A stretch of DNA of 54,967 nucleotides, taken from an uncultured Candidatus Saccharibacteria bacterium. Its GTDB lineage: Bacteria > Patescibacteriota > Doudnabacteria > UBA920. Numbering within the stretch: the first letter of the stretch is position 1; the number at the start of each line of letters is the position of its first letter. The DNA lies in NCBI GenBank assembly GCA_964483665.1, contig CAZACP010000008.1, forward strand, positions 1 to 54,967, read 5' to 3'. Position numbers and translations under genes: made by a program. Under the pieces are notes generated by a model that was given only the letters and a program-made list of their open reading frames with translations, searched no databases and was not told the origin of the DNA. Shown here piece after piece: positions 51,188 through 54,967 of this stretch.

Positions 51188-52573
51188 TTACCAACCAAAT
51201 AATTTACCTACATCTTCCGAAGTTTCGCGTCTTCTGGCAACTTTTATTTCCCCGTTTTGCGCAATAAGTTTAGCAGGGCTTGAAAGCAGGCAGTGGTGGG
51301 AGGCAAGGGCGTCCTGGTAGGCGCCGGTATCAAATACCGCAATATATAACTCTTCGCAGTCTTGTAGGCGCGGCAACATTATATATTCGCCGCCCGCTGT
51401 GTAGCGGTCATCTGAATCGCAAGAACTGCCGGCTAACCAGACCGGTTGCAGCTTATGGGTGTTCATATAGTTTACCGGGACTATATGCCATTTTTGGTGT
51501 ATGGCCCAGGTGTCTAAAAGGTCGTTCATAAAACTGCCGTCTATAACGTACCACTTTTTGTTGTTTTTTTCACTGACATTTTTTTCCGCCAAAACTTTAT
51601 AAATAGTAATCTGCGCCGGAGCCGCTACGTAACTTCCCCATTCGACAATCAAGTTAGGATGTTTAAGCTTAATTCGGTCGCATTCTTTTTTAGCAGTTTT
51701 AACAATTTGCTGGATTAAGCTTTTGCCGCTGTAAAAATGTTTTTTCTTTTCAAAAGGCACGCCCGCTCCCCCGCCAATATCCAAAGTATCAAGCCCCGGG
51801 TTTTTTTCTTTCATTTGCGCAAACAAAGTCAAAGCCCGTTTCATGGGTTTTACAAAACCTTCAATGGTTTCGATTTGTTTGGAAATATGGTAATGCAAAG
51901 TGGAAAGGTTTCTTACCTTGCCGATTTTTAGTAATTCTTCTTCGGTAAAACCAAAGCGGTTAAATTTTTTGTCCCAGTGGGCCTGAACTTTTATGTCTAA
52001 ATTTACCCTTATGCCAACTTCGCCCTTAAATTTCTTTAAGCGCTCTAATTCAACATAGTCTTCAATAATCGGCACCACAATTAAACCTTTGCCTCTTAAT
52101 TCTTCAATTAAGCTAATGTACTTTTCTGTTTTTGGACCGTTACAAATAACGCGGATTTTTGCGTTAAATTTGTCCTGTTCTATCATTCGTTTTACCAAGA
52201 AAAGTTCATTGGCAGAAGCTACGTCTAAGTTAGCTCCCTCAGCCACGGCCGGTAACACAAACTCTTTGGTTTGGTTAGCCTTCATGGCGTAATGGTAGTA
52301 AAATTTTCCTTTGTAGCCCAAAACTTTTATGTAGGCGTTAAAGGTTTCTATTAAGTCGCGTACCCTGTCTTCAATAATTGTGGGGAAAACAATTTCCGTG
52401 GCAGTACCGTATTTTTTTACAATATCAAAAATATTGTATTGGTAATTACCTTCGCGAAAAATTAATTCGCCATCCGGACCAATGTCAAAATTTTGGGTGT
52501 TGACTTCGTCTAGACCCATTCGCCAAAATTTTTTAAAACCGTTTTTCTTTTTTGCTACAGATTTAGTGGTCAT
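51188..52573 (-). CDS. PLP-dependent Orn/DAP/Arg decarboxylase (arginine decarboxylase-like)
   Basis: YAMKANQ (PLP Lys), CNGPK, LDIGGG, SCDSDD, FDTGAYQD. Confidence 0.85.
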   Translation of the reverse strand: MTTKSVAKKKNGFKKFWRMGLDEVNTQNFDIGPDGELIFREGNYQYNIFDIVKKYGTATEIVFPTIIEDRVRDLIETFNAYIKVLGYKGKFYYHYAMKANQTKEFVLPAVAEGANLDVASANELFLVKRMIEQDKFNAKIRVICNGPKTEKYISLIEELRGKGLIVVPIIEDYVELERLKKFKGEVGIRVNLDIKVQAHWDKKFNRFGFTEEELLKIGKVRNLSTLHYHISKQIETIEGFVKPMKRALTLFAQMKEKNPGLDTLDIGGGAGVPFEKKKHFYSGKSLIQQIVKTAKKECDRIKLKHPNLIVEWGSYVAAPAQITIYKVLAEKNVSEKNNKKWYVIDGSFMNDLLDTWAIHQKWHIVPVNYMNTHKLQPVWLAGSSCDSDDRYTAGGEYIMLPRLQDCEELYIAVFDTGAYQDALASHHCLLSSPAKLIAQNGEIKVARRRETSEDVGKLFGW

Positions 52574-52848
52574 GAAAATGTTTAATGTATGCTAGTTTAG
52601 CATTTAGACTAACCGAGAATAGTACTATATTTTGACTATTTTGTCAAGACTCTGGCGGAGGAGCCTAAAAAAACAAAAACACGCTTTTCAAGGAATTTGC
52701 GTGCGTCTAACTAAGCCATTGAATTGACTTGCGAAGGTTTTGTTGTAAAACTAAGGTGCTATTTTGTCTGTTCAACTCCTAAATTATTAAGTAATAAAAA
52801 TAATTTAACACTATAGAATTTTGTTGTCAATTATTTTTGTTGATAAAG

Positions 52849-52935
52849 TGGTGCCCGAGGAGGGAGTCGAACCCTCAATCCCTTGCGGGCGACAGATCTT
52901 AAGTCTGTAGTGTATTCCAGTTCCACCACTCGGGC
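52849..52935 (-). tRNA. tRNA-Leu(UAA)
   Basis: GCCCGAG acceptor; ACAGA-CT TAA GA-TCTGT; long variable arm; CCA. Confidence 0.95.
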
Positions 52936-52982
52936 ATATTTAGTTTGTTTGTACTTCGTAGCCCCTTTATGGGACGAAGAAG

Positions 52983-53058
52983 TGGAGGCGCGGGCGGGAA
53001 TCGAACCCGCGCAATCGCGGTTTTGCAGACCGCAGCGTTACCACTTCGCCACCGCGCC
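52983..53058 (-). tRNA. tRNA-Cys(GCA)
   Basis: GGCGCGG acceptor; GCGGT-CT GCA AA-ACCGC; CCA. Confidence 0.95.
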
Positions 53059-53109
53059 AAAAGCATAAGACCACATAATTTTAGCGAAAAATATTAAAAC
53101 AGGCAATAG

Positions 53110-53137
53110 AAAACCCCTCTTTAAACAGAGGGGTTTT
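53110..53137. terminator. Intrinsic terminator
   Basis: aaaacccctct-ttaaac-agaggggtttt. Confidence 0.8.
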
Positions 53138-53142
53138 CGTAT

Positions 53143-53838
53143 TTAGTCGGCTAAAGCTAGTGTCGGAAAAGTGTGCAAACTGGCAATCTGGGTAGATTTA
53201 TTCGCAAGGGCAACGGAATCTTCCAAAGCTTGGCTGGTTAAGGACATCAACTCGCCATACTTTTGTTTAGAACCATTTACCCAGGAAGGGCTGCCAGGAT
53301 ACACATATATACCTTTCATTTTTTCAAAGCTGGTATATTTTTCCTTGTAGCGCGGGGTTTCCATAAGCTTGCTCATATCCTTAAACCATTCAAGAACAGT
53401 AGGATATTTGCGCCAAGACGGATGTCCCGGAGCTACGCCAATGCCGCTACAATTGTTGTCTACTCTATGAATACAGAAATTGCTTTCTACCCAAGAGATA
53501 GCCAACGCACGTTGCCATTGGGGCTGCTTAACCATTTCGCTCGCATAAGGCGCCAAAGGCGACTTGTGAGCGACTAAATAGTCGTGTAATCGAATTGTTA
53601 AAGGATCGTTGCTTACTATCTCGTCAAAACTGAGAGTTTTTTGATTTTCGTCAGAGCTGTTATTTTTAAACAGAACTGAGGGGTCTTTGATTTCAAAAAT
53701 TAACGCTGTTTCCGAAGAAGTCTGGCTGGCTAACGCTACGGCGTGCGGGTAAACCGCAGGCATAAGCACCAGCATTGAAACCAAAGAGTTTAAAATACTC
53801 TGGTTAAAAGCAGACTTTAAGGTAAAAAGAGTTTTCAT
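53143..53838 (-). CDS. Secreted lysozyme-like/glucosaminidase-type cell wall hydrolase
   Basis: Signal/TM segment; YLVAHKSPLAPYA...ALAISWVESNF...NNCSGIG. Confidence 0.6.
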   Translation of the reverse strand: MKTLFTLKSAFNQSILNSLVSMLVLMPAVYPHAVALASQTSSETALIFEIKDPSVLFKNNSSDENQKTLSFDEIVSNDPLTIRLHDYLVAHKSPLAPYASEMVKQPQWQRALAISWVESNFCIHRVDNNCSGIGVAPGHPSWRKYPTVLEWFKDMSKLMETPRYKEKYTSFEKMKGIYVYPGSPSWVNGSKQKYGELMSLTSQALEDSVALANKSTQIASLHTFPTLALAD

Positions 53839-54387
53839 CTTTGATATCAGACTCCTTTCTCCCTGTGCTCATTTAAACCCACGAGGGGCTTATTTAAGCA
53901 AGTAATAGAATTAAAGAACTAACAGCCAGGCAGTCGACCTTAATGAATTAAATAGAAAGCCTGGGCTTATTAACAACCAATTTAGCTTTTTTAGGGCTTT
54001 ATTAGCGGTTAATAAAAAAGTGCCATGTAGCACTTTCTTAATATTATTATACTCCTTTTTAACAGCTTTTTCAAGCCTTTTTTGCCAGTTTTTGTCCTAT
54101 TTAAGCCAAAAAACATTTCTTTACCCTTACTTTTGGCAAAATTCAGCCCTTTTAAATAAGCGGAAATTTGTAAATAATTTAGGTGCTTAGGGGTTACAAT
54201 CAAAAAATAAAATAGTTTAAATAAAAGAGAATTTTTTTGATTCCTTAAGTATTTTTTAAGGTGTCAAGGCTTTTGGTTAAACATAAATTCATAAGCTTAT
54301 ACGGGATTCGCTATGGTTCGATTGTGTTTACATATCAATTTGCATGCTGTAATATATAATGCTGTGATTATTACAAAAGGAGGAAGG

Positions 54388-54684
54388 ATGTCAAAGGAGA
54401 CTGATAGGGAAGCAGCGTTCGGGATTTGTTTTATGCAAATGCCTAAACATTTGGAGCGCTTAAAAAAAGGCCTGAGCGCCCAAGAGTGGGGGCCCCGCGT
54501 TATTGAGAGAGTGGAGCAGGATTATAACGACTTCATGAATGAACTCAAGCGGCTGCACGAAAGCGGTCAGGGCCTTCCAGATGATGTTTTTGCAAGACTT
54601 TCTGCTCGGAATTACTGGGTTGAGTATCTGAAGATGGCTATGGAAGACGTGATACGCCAGCAGGAGAAGCACAAAAGTGGGTAA
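54388..54684 (+). CDS. Hypothetical helical protein
   Basis: Start MSKETDRE after SD AGGAGG. Confidence 0.7.
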   Translation: MSKETDREAAFGICFMQMPKHLERLKKGLSAQEWGPRVIERVEQDYNDFMNELKRLHESGQGLPDDVFARLSARNYWVEYLKMAMEDVIRQQEKHKSG

Positions 54685-54796
54685 TCCAGGAAGGACGTAG
54701 CAAAAAAAGCCGGTTGTTGCCGGTTACAAAACTCGAGCACGGACTCGAGTTTTTATTATCCAAGAAAAAAATCCCACGTAAAGTGGGACTTTTTTC

Positions 54797-54810
54797 TTGG
54801 AGCGGGTAAC
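54797..54810. repeat. Duplicate of the tRNA-Gly 3' end (att-like)
   Basis: ttggagcgggtaac, identical to 54913-54926. Confidence 0.8.
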
Positions 54811-54913
54811 CCCGCAGTAGAGCCTAGCGGCTCACTACGGGGCGCGCGGGACAGGCCGCGTTATTCACAAACCAAAAGAAAATGCCCGACCTTTTAGGTC
54901 AGGCATATTCTTT

Positions 54914-54967
54914 TGGAGCGGGTAACGGGAATTGAACCCGTTTCTCCACCATGGCAAGGTGGCATAA
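54914..54967 (-). tRNA. tRNA-Gly(GCC), 5' part cut by the window edge
   Basis: CCACC-TT GCC AT-GGTGG; GGTTCAATTCC; TACCCGC-T-CCA. Confidence 0.9.

Noticed and set aside
53839-53990. c-di-GMP or c-di-AMP riboswitch upstream of the cell wall hydrolase
   Set aside because: Only GCACAGGG resembles the c-di-GMP-I 5' part; the GNRA/receptor and second stem are missing, and no ydaO consensus is visible.
467-54672. Numerous 60-200 aa ORFs antisense to or overlapping recognised genes (e.g. 5110-5511, 6995-7510, 37050-37640, 44938-45402)
   Set aside because: Shadow frames with no motifs or RBS, fully explained by the opposite-strand gene.

Overview
Chromosomal window around the replication origin of an AT-rich bacterium. 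Gene content and style suggest Patescibacteria/CPR (inference). Standard code 11 is in use, because TGA terminates ruvB and other genes. The core backbone is polA (truncated by the left edge), a GspE/PilB ATPase, a DHH phosphoesterase, tsaE, vanW, ruvB, rsmE-dciA-recF-dnaN-dnaA / rpmH-rnpA-yidD-yidC-jag, a PBP1A-type enzyme, tyrS, ruvC-yebC, rsmI, gyrA, rpsA and four tRNAs, one of them a rare tRNA-Ile(UAU). Accessory material is interleaved in three patterns. (1) Five TrmB-family regulators each sit divergently from an unrelated Shine-Dalgarno-led cargo gene or operon, with palindromic operator candidates; around two adjacent modules, direct repeats of a terminator and of a trmB 3' end suggest integrase-free cassette accretion. 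(2) A GxxExxY gene and a nonsense-inactivated four-helix-bundle gene are each enclosed by inverted repeat arms that can pair in the mRNA, and many similar 'empty' arm hairpins lie between operon genes. (3) Short palindromic repeats are inserted in frame in PolA, a DHFR-like and a CofE-like protein. Also seen: an H-type pseudoknot upstream of rpsA, two promoter-to-terminator units without a convincing ORF, boxA-like leaders, an RlmN-like radical SAM protein lacking the catalytic cysteines, a HigBA-type TA pair and an IS remnant. No CRISPR array, rRNA or intact integrase was found. All calls were made by eye; no database searches were run.
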